Positions 26,124 through 39,029 are shown, numbered from the whole stretch's first letter. The stretch is DNA of 60,224 nt, filler included, from Hausera hauseri (GCA_046269625.1; 12 parts of 12 records of this genome joined end to end with filler, not necessarily neighbours in it), one strand, 5' to 3'. Notes: a model not told the origin generated them from the letters alone. A program made the numbers and translations.

Positions 26124-27004
26124 TTACACATCCAATAAATTTATATTAGAAATAAATTTATGACAATAACAAATATTAAATCAGTTAGTATAGTCACATT
26201 TGTTGTCTATAATTTTCTTGCACTGGTCTAAAATCAATTCAACTTGATGCAAATATTTATTTTCGGTTATACGTCGCATGATCCGCAACGCCTCCTCTTT
26301 AACGTCGGTTGCAATTAGGTAATCACTGCCTTCCATTTCCTTTTTCAAACGATCGAATAATCACCTGTCACACAGATTAAAATCTGGTAAATGGGGACTC
26401 TGCCATAAGGTTTCAACTTCTCGTTTAGTGAGGAATTACCTAACTGAAGCAGCACCATGAGGCGTTGCATTGTCAAATTGTAGGACAATTTCTGAGATAC
26501 GTAGGATCACTACGGAGATACGGCCAGCGGTCTCCGGCTTCCTTGAGAAAGTTCACAAAGTAATGTTGGTCAATTGTTTCATCTTTCTCCATGGCTTTCG
26601 TAAAAAATTTTTATTGGGAGTAAAAATAACGGAAAGCAATGTCTTTTGGTCAGTAATCTTAGGCTTCACAACTCGAGATTTCTTTTCATCAGTTGATACC
26701 CATACTTTGAAACATAGACTCATCTTCAGTTGCATAAAGTCGTGATCGATCTGGAAAATTACACAGGCGTTTCCTCATGGATTTGGCAACATTTACTCTT
26801 AGCTGTTTTTGAACATCATTTAAATCAGTGGTATTCACAACTATACAATCTCTTTTTGTGATCAAAGCACTCACTGTATGATAGGGGATACCGATTTATT
26901 ATCATTATGTTTTTATTCCTTAAAAGGTTTTCATATTGATAAATAAATTTTATTACTATTATTATTATTATATTTTCTTATGAATACTTTACTATAACTT
27001 TGAA

Positions 27005-27074
27005 ATTTCTCGCGACCCCCAAAAAGGTTTTCGCCACACACTGGTGGGTCACATCCCCCTTTTGAAGAACACTG
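27005..27074. mobile_element. Terminus of hAT (Buster/Charlie-type) non-autonomous element
   Basis: CGCGACCCC...GGGTCAC...TTTGAAGAACACTG end (reverse complement CAGTGTTCTTCAAA), followed by the 8-mer GACTAAAT with central TA. Confidence 0.45.
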
Positions 27075-27423
27075 GACTAAATGATACTAACAAGGAACAT
27101 TCGCGAACTTATGCATGGAAATTTTGGTAAAACTTTGTCAGAATATTATTAACGCTAAGAAAAAAAATTATGGTAAAATTTTAGCTGCAGTAATTCATTT
27201 TTATCGTCAAAGATTCTAATTTAAAAGTATAAAAAATTCTAAAAAATGTTGGTTTTAAAACCTGAACATTTTTCATTTTTATTGACATCAAATAGAACAC
27301 GTTGTAAACGTATTCAATGTCCTGTAGAATGTGTTATATCCAAAATTCTGTAAACGGTGACTGTTACACACAATTACAAACACATTATGTACAAACACTA
27401 GATTAACAGTTTGGTGCAATGGT

Positions 27424-27523
27424 NNNNNNNNNNNNNNNNNNNNNNNNNNNNNNNNNNNNNNNNNNNNTTAATTAATTAANNNNNNNNNNNNNNNNNNNNN
27501 NNNNNNNNNNNNNNNNNNNNNNN
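27424..27523. other. Artificial contig spacer
   Basis: 44 N + TTAATTAATTAA + 44 N. Confidence 0.99.
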
Positions 27524-30500
27524 ATGAAGAATGGGGTAAATCCTGTCGCTGGATGTGGCGTGGTATTAATTGCAAATTGAGTTCCTTCTAAAAATTCATC
27601 TCAATCCTTTTGGTCCTTTGCTACTACTGTTGATAATATGCGTATGACTACAGCATTCATCCGTTCGACCATTCCGTTACACTGAGGGTGATATGCGGTA
27701 GTTGTTAGTCGTTCGATTTCGAATATTTTGGTGATCTTTTCGAATAGTTCACTTGTGAAATTTCTTCCTCGATCTGTGAGTATCTGATCTGGGGGGCCCG
27801 TATCGGCAAATAATTCTTCTCACTACGGCTTCTGCTAAGGTTTCGGCCTTCTGATTGATTAATGCTATTAACTCGACAAAATGAGTTAATCGATCAATAC
27901 ACGGTAAGATATACTTATTGTTCTTGTGAGTTGTAGGAAGAGGTCCTACAATATTTATCGACATGGCTTGCATGGGCCTATATAGCACATCAATAGGTTT
28001 TAATTCGGTCATGTAGTTTTTCGTCTTCTTCTGTTTAATTGTACACACTTTGCAGGCATTTACCCCGCTTTTCACATCAATGTAGATACTAGGCCAAATG
28101 TATTTATTCATTATTCATTCTAATGTTTTCTTCCAGGACATGTGTCCGGCCAAATATGAATCACGTTCTGACATCAGCACTTCGGGGCGAAAGCCTTTTG
28201 GGATAACTATTAGTTTTCTTTTTTTTCGCTCGTAATATAAAATATCTTCATTGCCCTTGTCATTTAAAATGCGATATTTATGTCCATGTCTGTGTAAATG
28301 TTTCTTTAACTGTTGTCCCTTTGATATGATATTCCTTTTAGCAAATTCTATAATCTGCTTGATAACTTTATCTTTCCTTTGTTTTATTGGGATTCTAATT
28401 GCTTTATTCATCCTTAAGGTGCGTTGGCGATCTATTATTTCTCCAAGCTGACTTTTTTTCATTACTGTAATCGCACTCGTTTTAGTCTTTAATCTTGATA
28501 GAGCATCGGCATCTACATGTTTATTCCCTGGATTATACTGAAATTTGATATTATATCTGGAAATTTCTTCGATCCATCTGTTGAGTCTACATGTTGTGTT
28601 ATTTTCTCGACCTTTCAAAGTCGTAACGGCCTTGTGATCGGTGACGATTATAATTTTCTGCCCGTATGCGTAAACGTTGACGTGGCGAAGTGCTTCTTTT
28701 ACGGCTAGAGTTTCCAATTCGGTAATAGAATAGTTTTTCTCGGCCTTCCTCAAGGAACGTCCTCCATAACCAAATCGGGTGCTCTAATTCTTCATATTTT
28801 CTTTTCTGCGCCAATTCATATCCAATGCCTTTATTACTGGCGTCTGTCTTGATTATGAAAGGTAAGTTAAAATCTTGATATCGTAAAACAGGTTCACTTG
28901 TTAATATCTTCTTCATTTCGTCGAAGGCTTTCTGTTCGACATCTGTCCATTTCCATTTAATTTCTTTCTTCAGCAAGCGGTATAGAGGTGCATTAATTTT
29001 TGAATTATCTGGTACATAGGTTGCGTAATATCCGCAGAGTCTCAACCAGTGTCTTAATTCCTTCTGGTTTTGTGGTTCCATGCAGTCTGATATTTTATTT
29101 AGCAGCGATTTATCTGGCTTCGATCCTCCTTCTACAACTATATGGCTAAGGTAGGATACTGCGTCTTGAGCCCATTTGCATTTCTTCGGATTCAACTTCA
29201 ATCCGGCTTGTTCCAATCTCATCAATGTATGTTCGATATACTTTAAATGTTCCTCCTCGATCCTTGATGCTATCATTAAGTCATCTAAATACACAAAAGC
29301 ATGATCCAATCCCACTAGCATTTTGTTCATCATTCTGGTAAATATGACTGGTCCAGTAGTAATACCGAATGGTATGATGTTAAATTCGTAAACAGCATCG
29401 TGCGTTTTAAATGCTGTCTTATAACGGTCTTTATCTTCAATCTCCACTTGCAAATATCCGGATTGTAAGTACAGAGTGGTAAACCATTTTGCTCCTGAGA
29501 GTCTGTCTAAAGCCTTTTTGACCGACAGTAGTAAAAAGGAATCTTTCATCAAGAGGTTATTTAAAGCTCTGTAATCAATACAAAATCGATGTTTCGTAGT
29601 ACTTTTCTTCTTAACCATGAGGATTGGTGAATACCAAGATCTATATTTGAGCCTAATTATATCTGCTTTAAGCATTCGTTCGACTTCCTTCGTTATTTCG
29701 GGTCTTAGAGAATGTGGCGAAGGGTACCATTTTGGCATCTTTTGGTATTCCAAGTTTATTTCTTTATTCGAACCGGGCTTTTTCTTGATCGGGATTGTCA
29801 GTTTTAACGCTTTTGCTGTACCGATATCTTTGTCCTTAGCAAAAATCGATTTGTAGCGGCACAATTGTTTGTAAAATCGACAATAAGATTCGGGAGAAAA
29901 TTTAGTTTCGACATGAGGTGGAAATTCGGCATACTTGTAACGCTTTTCTTCAATAGTTATCAACGACACCCTATACATGTCTCCCAAGGTAATATAAGCA
30001 TGAAGCTTGACGGGAGTCGGCGCATTATTAACTATTTTGATCAGCACTCGACCGGAGTGTACTCTTGTTAATACATTGCTGGGTAATATATTCGGATCTA
30101 ACGTATCTCTTGTTTCTAAATGTACGGATTGATCGTCATCTTGCTGTATCTGGGCATAAATTATCATTTCTGTTCTCGGTAGAATGTTTTCGTCAACTGT
30201 TATCCACACCTCTCCGAATTTCCTATCCTTAGCAATTTTCACGCCTTTATTTGGTCTGATTTCGATTAACTTCCCTGTTTGTAAATCGATTGCTATATTT
30301 GGTAATCTTTTCAGTAGATCGCATCCTAGAACTACATCATCGGTTAATTGCTCCATGACTGCAAATTCTTGATGGAAAAACTGTTTAACTATTTGGACTT
30401 CTGGGTTCCATTTAAACATCGGTTTCGACATTTGACCAAAAGCTCCTGTACTTCCTGGATCTTTCGTAGACGGTGGGTATAATTGTCCTCTCAGTGTTTT

Positions 30501-30734
30501 AGGTATTGAATCATTTTTGATGTAAGACATCTCGGATCCTGTATCGATTAAGGCATAAACTTCCAAATCCTCAATTATTATTTTGGTGAAGGGTCTTCCT
30601 TCTATTATTGTTCCGATACAGTTTGATGCAACTTTTTGGCGTTTAGTTGCTGATATTTTATGTCCGTTGATTCGTATTTCTGGAGAGGATACTATATTTT
30701 CCGACAGCTGTCTTAATGCTTCGTATGTATATAA
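27524..30734 (-). pseudogene. pol: Family B pol: PR - dUTPase-like spacer - RT - RH - INT
   Basis: ALIDTGSE, RFCIDYRALN, SGY.QV, PFGI, VYLDD, TDAS..GIG, EKNYSITELETLAV, GHMS..KT, IVGPLP. The frame is open from 30734. Confidence 0.95.
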
Positions 30735-31491
30735 CTAGTTGTTTCCTATGTGCAATTTTTCCGCTTCATGTGTACTAATTAACGGTTCTTGATTGTTCGT
30801 GTGTAGTTCAGTATTCTGGAAAATTTTTAACCTTGGATTGTCCCAAACCGTTGATCTAGTTTCTATATTTTGAGGTTCTCTCGGAGAATACAACATCTTG
30901 GAAGCATCTGTGGATTGTCGGTAGCACATATTCCGTAGAATCCCGTAACGTTTCGTTCCTTCATAAGGGTCTTCTACATTAATTTTCCTTTTATAGATTT
31001 CCGTCTGATATAATCTCATTGATTGTTTGTCGCAGTCTTCATGGAATGGGGCGGTAGGGGGTATCATTGGCAATGGTGCTTTAATGACAGAGTATGTCTC
31101 ATGTCTGTTTATTCCTGAAAGTACTTCTCCTCCCTTAGTCTCGTCATTATCTGAATTATTTCTTCGTGTATTATGTTTCGTAAATTTCTGCTTCTGCAAG
31201 AATATAAGTCTTCTTCTTCTTTTACGATTATAATGACCGACATGACGTTATACGTCGGATTTCAATCTGTTTTCTTCGTATGCCTTTAAGAATTTTCCAA
31301 AGGGCGCTATGATTACAGTCAAAATTTTGCACGAAAATCCGGTCAACGTAAATATTTCATACCCATTAATTACGGCTTGGATAAATGCCTTGATCATTTG
31401 TATTAGAAAATATATATCTAAGAATCCGAAAATTAAGAATTTCCCCAAATTTTGTATAGTATTTCCGTGGTTACGCGATGGTAATGATGCT
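30735..31491 (-). pseudogene. env: Envelope C-terminus (membrane-proximal/TM) + cytoplasmic tail, in frame with pol
   Basis: (KIWG)KFLIFG..IY..IQMIKAFIQAVINGYEIFTLTGFSCKILTVIIAPF matches the chuvirus-GP C-terminal pattern W..F..FG...IK..I...I.GY....G.S..LL, followed by RKRRRR. ORFs at 31448, 31199 and 30566 share one frame. Confidence 0.7.
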
Positions 31492-31662
31492 AATAATGCG
31501 CCGACTCCCGTAAAGCTTCATGCTTATAATATTTTGGGAGACATGTATAGAGTGTCGTCAATAACTACTGAAGACAAGTCTTACAAGTATGCCAAATTTC
31601 CACCTGATGTTGAAACTAAGTTTTCCCCCAAATCTTATTGTCGATTTTACGAACAATTGTGC
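31492..31662 (+). repeat. Inverted, diverged duplicate of pol segment 29859-30029
   Basis: NNAPTPVKLHAY.ILGDMYRVS.IT.E.K.YKYA.FPP.VETKFSP.SYCRFY.QLC on the opposite strand. Confidence 0.9.
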
Positions 31663-31762
31663 NNNNNNNNNNNNNNNNNNNNNNNNNNNNNNNNNNNNNN
31701 NNNNNNTTAATTAATTAANNNNNNNNNNNNNNNNNNNNNNNNNNNNNNNNNNNNNNNNNNNN
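31663..31762. other. Artificial contig spacer
   Basis: 44 N + TTAATTAATTAA + 44 N. Confidence 0.99.
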
Positions 31763-32400
31763 CAAGGGCATACATTTTTGGTCTAAGTCCAACATAGGCA
31801 GTAATAATCTTGCTGTTAACTTCATCTTTAAATTTTCCTGAAACTTTTTTATTTGACAAGGAAAAGTTCTTATGGTCTCTGGGATAATCTGATGTATCGA
31901 AGAAACTTGCCAAATTATAAAAGTCATTGAATATATCATTAGACCTAATATGATATATGAATGAATCCGTATCCATATACATTAGTTAAATGTCTGGACA
32001 ATTTGGCTTCATGACATTATAGTGGAAGTTATATATGAGTATTTTTGACAAACCGAGTATCGACATTCCAACATAAATCGGCATGTTGAAATTGAGAATC
32101 GTTTTTTGCATTTTGATACTAGCAAAATTTTCCGCATAAATAGTACTGTGTAAAAAATTCGGCTTTGCAATTAACTTTCTTGCTCTTGTTTAGTCGTTGA
32201 CCAAGTCAATTGACAACTTATTCTTTATATTCTTCATAGTTTTCCAAAAACGGAGTTCTACAATTTGAATTCATCTTTTCTAAAATTGTTTGTTGCATTT
32301 GTCCGAAGATTTGTCTTGAATGGAACATATGTTCTACATGCAGAAGCCAATCGTACTGAATATGTAGAGCATAGTTACCCCATACGATGCTGCTATTGTG
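31763..32400 (-). pseudogene. polB: Second Polinton-type pPolB fragment (C-terminal part)
   Basis: MPIYVGM.ILGLSK, YMDTDSFIY, FDTSDYP..H, NKKV.GKFKDE, GLRPKMYA. Confidence 0.9.
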
Positions 32401-33840
32401 TAACATGCGGGTATTATGTAATGTGCCGGTATGCCTAATATGCGGGTATTACATAGTATGCGGGTATTGCGTCAAAATATTTAAAAAGAATGAGAAAAAA
32501 AATTTTTAATTTTCAAAAAAAATTTCTTTTGCTAGTAAACCATTTTGACTTAGAAAAAAATTTCAAAAAAAATTAATATGCTGATATTACATAATATGTA
32601 TGTATTATGTAATATATTGGTATATATGATGAAGAATTTTACACATGTCACATTCAAAGACAATGGAAAGTAGAAACACGCACAGTTTGATCCTGACAGA
32701 TTTTTTTGCACCGTGCGTTCATTCATTTATTTTAACTTTTTCAATTCCGGACTCTATGCCATTCAGTGAAAATTATTATTTTTGTTACTAATTTTGTTGG
32801 ATTTAATTTACTCAAAACATAATTAGATATATCCAAATACTCTGTTAATCTTAGTAACATATAAATGTTCCTGGAAATTCTGAAGGGGAAGTCCGATGGC
32901 GGTTCGGTATGTGGAATACCTGCGCCTCTGATTATGTATATGGACAATTACCCTTGATTCTGCACATAGGTAATGTATACGTGTATTATAAGAGATCAAC
33001 TGTGTAATAATGTATGGCATGCGTTTCAATTCGGACCAAGGATATATATCTAATAGAATAATTGTATGGTATGCACTTCGATTCAGATCAAAACATGCAC
33101 ACGTATTTACATGACAATCCATATTCCATGATTTCAAACTATTATACCTCTTGACAATCATATCTCCATGTCTTCGTTGTTATCCATGTATCGGAATGAG
33201 AAGCAATTCCACGGTCAACACAAACATGTTCAAGACATCTAAGTCTCTTGTTATTGCAATTCAAAGGTCCCTTCAAAAGTGGTTTCATTCTTAATATTAG
33301 GTACCATATTATTTCATTCTTCTCCGTTCAGGGAACAAACTTTAGAGTATACGAAAGTTCACCTACTACGTCACTCAGTATTTAGCGTAAACCATGTCTA
33401 AGGAATATATCATTAACAGAAATCGAATATACAACAACCACGGAGCAACGCATATACTTGGTATTCATCCCAATTCCAGTCAAAGTCATGTATTGATATA
33501 TACCAAGCCACATCGAGAAAGCCTGTTATGATCGGACTTGTTTCTCTTTACCACATTATATACCGGACACCAACAACTACCCCAATCTCTCCGTATCAAT
33601 ACTGAACATGATTCTAACGTAGGATCTTTATATATATATCTTCTTGTATCGGCATACTTATCGTCCTCTAACTAAACCGTATTTACCAATTCAAATTCTC
33701 ATAAATCAACCAAGATTTTCTTTCGTGTGTTCCACAAATATGTTTCTTTCCGTTCTACTAAATCTCTGCATATAATCGCGCATACTAAATTAAGTTTATT
33801 ACTAACAAAGTCAACTACTTATAACCTTGTGGTGGTATAA

Positions 33841-34640
33841 TTCACAACAATACTATCCGTAACACGATAGAATTACTCAAACCCATGTTAAAACGGTTAA
33901 CTACATTTTATTAAATTAAATATCCACGAACCATCAGATCAAGTCATCTCGACAGGGGCACTATTCACAACGATACTATCTGTATCACGACAAAATTACT
34001 CAAACCCACCTTAACACGGTTAATATTTAATCAACAATGAAATTTTTCCAAATTAAATTCCCCCAAACCACCAGATTGAGTCAACCCGTCAGGACTCAGT
34101 GTCATTCATAGGGTATTGCTGGTCGTATGACTGCGTCTCATTAGACTCAATTTACTGTGCATTTATCCAGAACCCCAAATTTACTTTAAAGTTTTATTAC
34201 GATACGAAAATTCGATAATCAAACAAGTTAGACTCCCTAATTTATTCATCTTTCAGAGTAATCGAGTTCTATAAATTTATCTTCACTTCTTTTCCCCATT
34301 CAGATTTTATACCCCATGGTTTAATAAATTCGATTAATCATTAATAGCTTCTAAATTGAAGCCGCGTAAGTCACCAAATCAAGTCAACCGGTCAGGTTCT
34401 AGTGGAGTTTGTAGGGTATTGCTGATAACTCGTGCGTTGTTTCGAATCTTTTGCTCCCAAGCCCCACCACATTTATCTACCGATACTCTCCGGGTTTCCA
34501 AAAACTCACTCGTATTTCGTTATGACATTACAACATGTCCCATTGGATTCTCTTTAACGGGTATTTATCAAGAACCCCAATACTTAATTTAAAGTTTTAT
34601 TACGTTACGAACTTCGATAATTAAATGAATTAGACAATAC
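33841..34640. repeat. Degenerate direct repeats
   Basis: 33841-33900 ~ 33964-34023; 34151-34233 ~ 34553-34634; a CCA.CAGAT..AGTCA..C...CAGG-like motif occurs three times. Confidence 0.75.
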
Positions 34641-35276
34641 TTTATTGCAAACATCACCCGTTGTTTTAGTAACCGAGTTCCATGAATTTATTTTCGTCGG
34701 TCTTCGTTTCCTATCACCATCCGGATTCAGGCTTGTCATCTTTCGTGATTCAATAAATCCCACTATTCGGTCAATCATCAATAGTTTAAATTTATTGATT
34801 TAATTTATCTTTCAAAAATTTTTATTGCAATACAAAAACATACAATGTAATAGCTGATAAGGGATAATGAGTTGACACCACAAATAAATTAACATTTACC
34901 ATTTGTTGTCTCTGTTTGGTAAGTCTCCCTCATGTCATATACCCGATTTCCATCACCTTGAATATTGCCACTTGGATTCACTCCTTGAGGTTCGTCATTT
35001 TCCATCATGTTAGCATTTGCGGAGGCGTTTGAATTCATAGTTATTAATCGATTCAAGAAATATGTTCGAGGTGTATCGTCTGATTGCGTAATCGGAATCC
35101 TTGTCAAATTCTTCGAGCAATTGGTAGTATTCAATTCTGTATTTTAATTAAGTATTGAAAAATGCAAGGCGGTCTTTTACCAGCAATTAACGTCTGGATC
35201 CTTGTATTCTAATCAAGTAATTTCGTTGAAATGGATTTCTCTGTGTGTTGTTATATTTCAGTGTCGTATTTATATA

Positions 35277-35413
35277 CATTGTACTGCATTACTAAATTTG
35301 AACATTTCGACGATATTTCGTCGTTTCTTATTTTAGAAGGTTCGCTACACGCATTGTACTGCATTACTAAGTTTGAACATTTCGACGATATTTTGTCGTT
35401 TCTTATTTTAGAA
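35277..35413. repeat. 62-bp direct repeat, 75-bp period
   Basis: CATTGTACTGCATTACTAA.TTTGAACATTTCGACGATATTT.GTCGTTTCTTATTTTAGAA at 35277 and 35352. Confidence 0.9.
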
Positions 35414-35590
35414 AATTCGATAACATAGCGTCACTTTTAAAGTTTTAATATTTGCCTTCGTCTAATTTGTTATTATTTTTCTTTTTGACTATCTTCCATT
35501 CGTATTGTCAACTGGTGTCCAATATAAAATGACTGTGTTAGTGTGGAGTTGCATTATGTAATCCGTTTTAAAATAAATCAAAAGAAATCA

Positions 35591-35687
35591 AATGTAATAC
35601 TTTCAGTGTAAGGTATGGTATATTTTTCCATTCTAACCAATGTAATACTTTCAGAGTAATGTATAGTATATTTTTTCCATTCCAACC
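35591..35687. repeat. ~48-bp tandem duplication
   Basis: AATGTAATACTTTCAG.GTAA.GTAT.GTATATTTTTCCATTC.AACC x2. Confidence 0.85.
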
Positions 35688-36114
35688 AAGGATATGTATT
35701 TATACTCCATGTTGTATTGTGAAAAACTAAATTCTATTTTCCTGGCATTATATGACGGATTAGTTCTTTAAGATATTTTTAAAATTATAGAGCCGCCGCC
35801 GAATTGGGTACATCCATTTTACAAATGTCAGATGAATAAAAATGCCCATCATGAAGGCTTAACAAAATTAAAAGGAGAAGAAGTGCAGAACGTTTATTCA
35901 CGTTTACAATCACATGGTGCTCAAATGTTGTATCATTATTAAAATCAAAAGTAAAGTATAAAATCAAAAGTAAAGTATGTTGTTAAAATCAAAGTACTGC
36001 AAAGCATTTCGACATTGTTAAAGTAAGGTATCTCAACATTTCTCCCCCTTTTGAAAAAGGATTCGGTCCTCCGGATCACTCTGGGTACTGACATCGATGA
36101 AACTGAGGTTTCTG

Positions 36115-36214
36115 NNNNNNNNNNNNNNNNNNNNNNNNNNNNNNNNNNNNNNNNNNNNTTAATTAATTAANNNNNNNNNNNNNNNNNNNNNNNNNNNNNN
36201 NNNNNNNNNNNNNN
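36115..36214. other. Artificial contig spacer
   Basis: 44 N + TTAATTAATTAA + 44 N. Confidence 0.99.
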
Positions 36215-38554
36215 AAATTGTAGTAGTAGTTTATTTTATTTTATTTATTTCAAAAATGACTCATTTCTTTAATTGATTTTGTTACGAAATATGGCAATGT
36301 GATGAAATAGAGGGACAAAAATAAAGGGCAAGTATTGATAAATTTCACAAATGTTGGAATTCAACCTCAGTAAAATATTGACTGAAAAGAGTGTGAAAAC
36401 TTTTTGTGAGATTTGAAAATTCCCCTGCATGTCAGAAGAAAAATTGAATAAATGCGAAATGACGTAACATTTAGAAACCAATTTTGCGAAATATTGGCTT
36501 TGTTTCAAAAATTATTTTAATATTACTAATCACCGTTTATTTGTGTTTATACAACTATAAATGTTGCTAGATTATAAAAATAAGCGATCTAATAAAATAC
36601 TGAAGATTTACAAATTGAAATCTGTCACCGACCTAGGACGTACAAGAATATTGATAAACTGATACGAACTTTTTTCCTGTGCTTTAATTAGAAAGAATGA
36701 ATGATCATTTAGTAACATGATTATGAAAAATGCTATCGATTTTTATATTCGAAGAAATAAGTCTAGTTCTGTATTTGTATCGGCTAAAACTCGAAAATCA
36801 TCCGGATAATCCCAATCGAATTTTTCGCCAGCAATATCAACAGATCCCGGACTGGGACTGGTTAAAACACAGCTTTCGAGTGATTGCGATGCACTGCAGT
36901 TCGATTCATTTTCAAAATTATCCATAATGTTTAATTTAAACAGATCGGGAACGAGTGATCGTGACGTAGCAATGTTTGTGTTGTAGAAATTATCATTAAT
37001 GATCTGTTGTCGATCTTGATTTGTTGTCAGGAATGGATCTTTGTCGAGCTTAATATTTAATTTTTGATTTTCTTCGTTTCCATATTCATTTTGCTGTAAA
37101 TAAAATGATTATTCATGTAAATAAAATGATTAATTATTTACATGTATGCAAATTATTGATTATTATCGAAATAACACCAAACGGGTTGACATACCAATAA
37201 ACTGCATACACAACTTATCTAAATATAGACATGAAAATTTTATCACGGAATAACAGTTGTGCAATTACAAGCTGTTATGCGGTAAACTTTTACATAATAC
37301 GCCTATCTAAATTTTGACAGAATTTGCTACGGTAAACGTTTACATAATATTATTCCTTAGTTCTGTATGGCACAAATAGTAATTTATCTATAGAATATAT
37401 AACGGTTTAATTCGGTTTCTACATGCTTCAATAAATTCGTACTGTTGAAATATCAATCGATAAAACTTACGACTGCAATTATTTTGGTGAATTCAAATTA
37501 TTAATGTGTCTGTATGACTGGTGATTTTTGAATTTTGTCGTGTCAATTTAAATTTTTATGAATGACGTTCGTCTTCACAGCGTCCATATGAAATTCAAAA
37601 TTTTAGTAGTAAACGACGTAATTTACTGTGTCTGTATGAGTCACGGTAAATGTTGATTTTCGATTTTCGTACATTCGATTTAAATTGTTATAACGTTACC
37701 AGTTGTTGTTAATTTGATATTTTAATTTGTTACCATATGCCATGAAAAACATTCGAAAAATCATATCGTTATTTTTACTCCAGAAGATCCAGAGAAATTA
37801 GGATCTTCAGTTTATTTCGTTCAGAAATAACTGCTGTACTTAAAATATTAAATAATCTAATCAACAATTCACAATAGTAGATTTCTAACTCTGTAAAACA
37901 TATTGACAAAATTAAGTTTTCAAATATGATAATCCATACACATGGTAAAGTATTTGTATAATGATATACGGTTGCTGTTAATCGAGATAACGATTGATTA
38001 CCTCAACTCCTAACAGAACAAAACATGCAAACTAGCTCGGATTGCACAGAAATGTATTTAAGAACAAAGTTTTGTAGATAAATACTAGACGATTTATTAG
38101 CATAACAAACTGTCACATTAATAGCGTTGGACATGAATTTAATTATTCTTTAATAGATTGACATAAACTACATGCTTGATGTTGTAGAAGTTATTAACTA
38201 TTGCATAAAATCTTTGTTAAAACTATATTTATACATACTTAAGAAGCATACAGACGAATATCCTAATCCTTCATAACAATGGTATTTACGACAATATTGA
38301 TCAATATTTGAAATTGCAGATAATTATTTTTACCCCTAATTATATATTTGTTTTGTCATTTTTAAAACGTAAAGATTACCATAAAAGTACAAATGATAAA
38401 ACATTCTTTGCAATTTTTTGTGTATTCAGACAAACAAAGCTGAAAGAGTATGGGGGTTAAAAACTCCATGGAATCCAACTTCAGGATATTTTTCATAGAA
38501 TCAGTTCCAAATTTACTTTATTTTTTGAGACATTATGTAAACCCTTCATTGCAA

Positions 38555-39027
38555 AAATCTTGGGTACGCTACTGAGAAGGCCAATAAGATTATTCGTATT
38601 ATGATTAACATCAGAACTACAATACTAGTCTGAATCAATATTTTAATAATACGAATAACTCTGTCTTTGAATTTGTCTGTGTGTATAATTTGATACGACG
38701 TTTTCGATGCCTTCTCGCAAACAATATGTGATATTACTAGATAAGTATGAATGCTGTACAATACATAAAAGGCTTCTCTGTTGAATTTCAAATAATATAA
38801 CTTTCCAAAAAATTATTAATGTTTATCACAATTAGGAATATTTAAACAAATTAATTATCCCACACTTGCCCTGTTTGACGACTTTAAATTCTGTATCTTT
38901 TAGGCCGTTGTCCATCTCGGATTAGGTTGAGTCTTAGTGTTTATGCAAAAATAAAGTAACTAGTAATCAGTAGGGGGTACGGGATGCTACTTCTGCCCAC
39001 GGCAGCGATTTTCTGGATCCGCCTCTG
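38555..39027. mobile_element. Two isolated hAT-like TIR ends
   Basis: ...GGGTACGCTACTG (ends 38574) and ...CTGGATCCGCCTCTG (ends 39027) resemble CAG-starting hAT termini; partner ends not found. Confidence 0.3.
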
Positions 39028-39029
39028 CG

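Noticed and set aside
36220-36230. (AGT)n as a Polinton terminus
   Set aside because: Too short, with no partner TIR or Polinton genes recognised on the contig.
36730-38340. Short ORFs and coding-like stretches on contig 8
   Set aside because: No recognisable motifs; cannot be assigned without a search.
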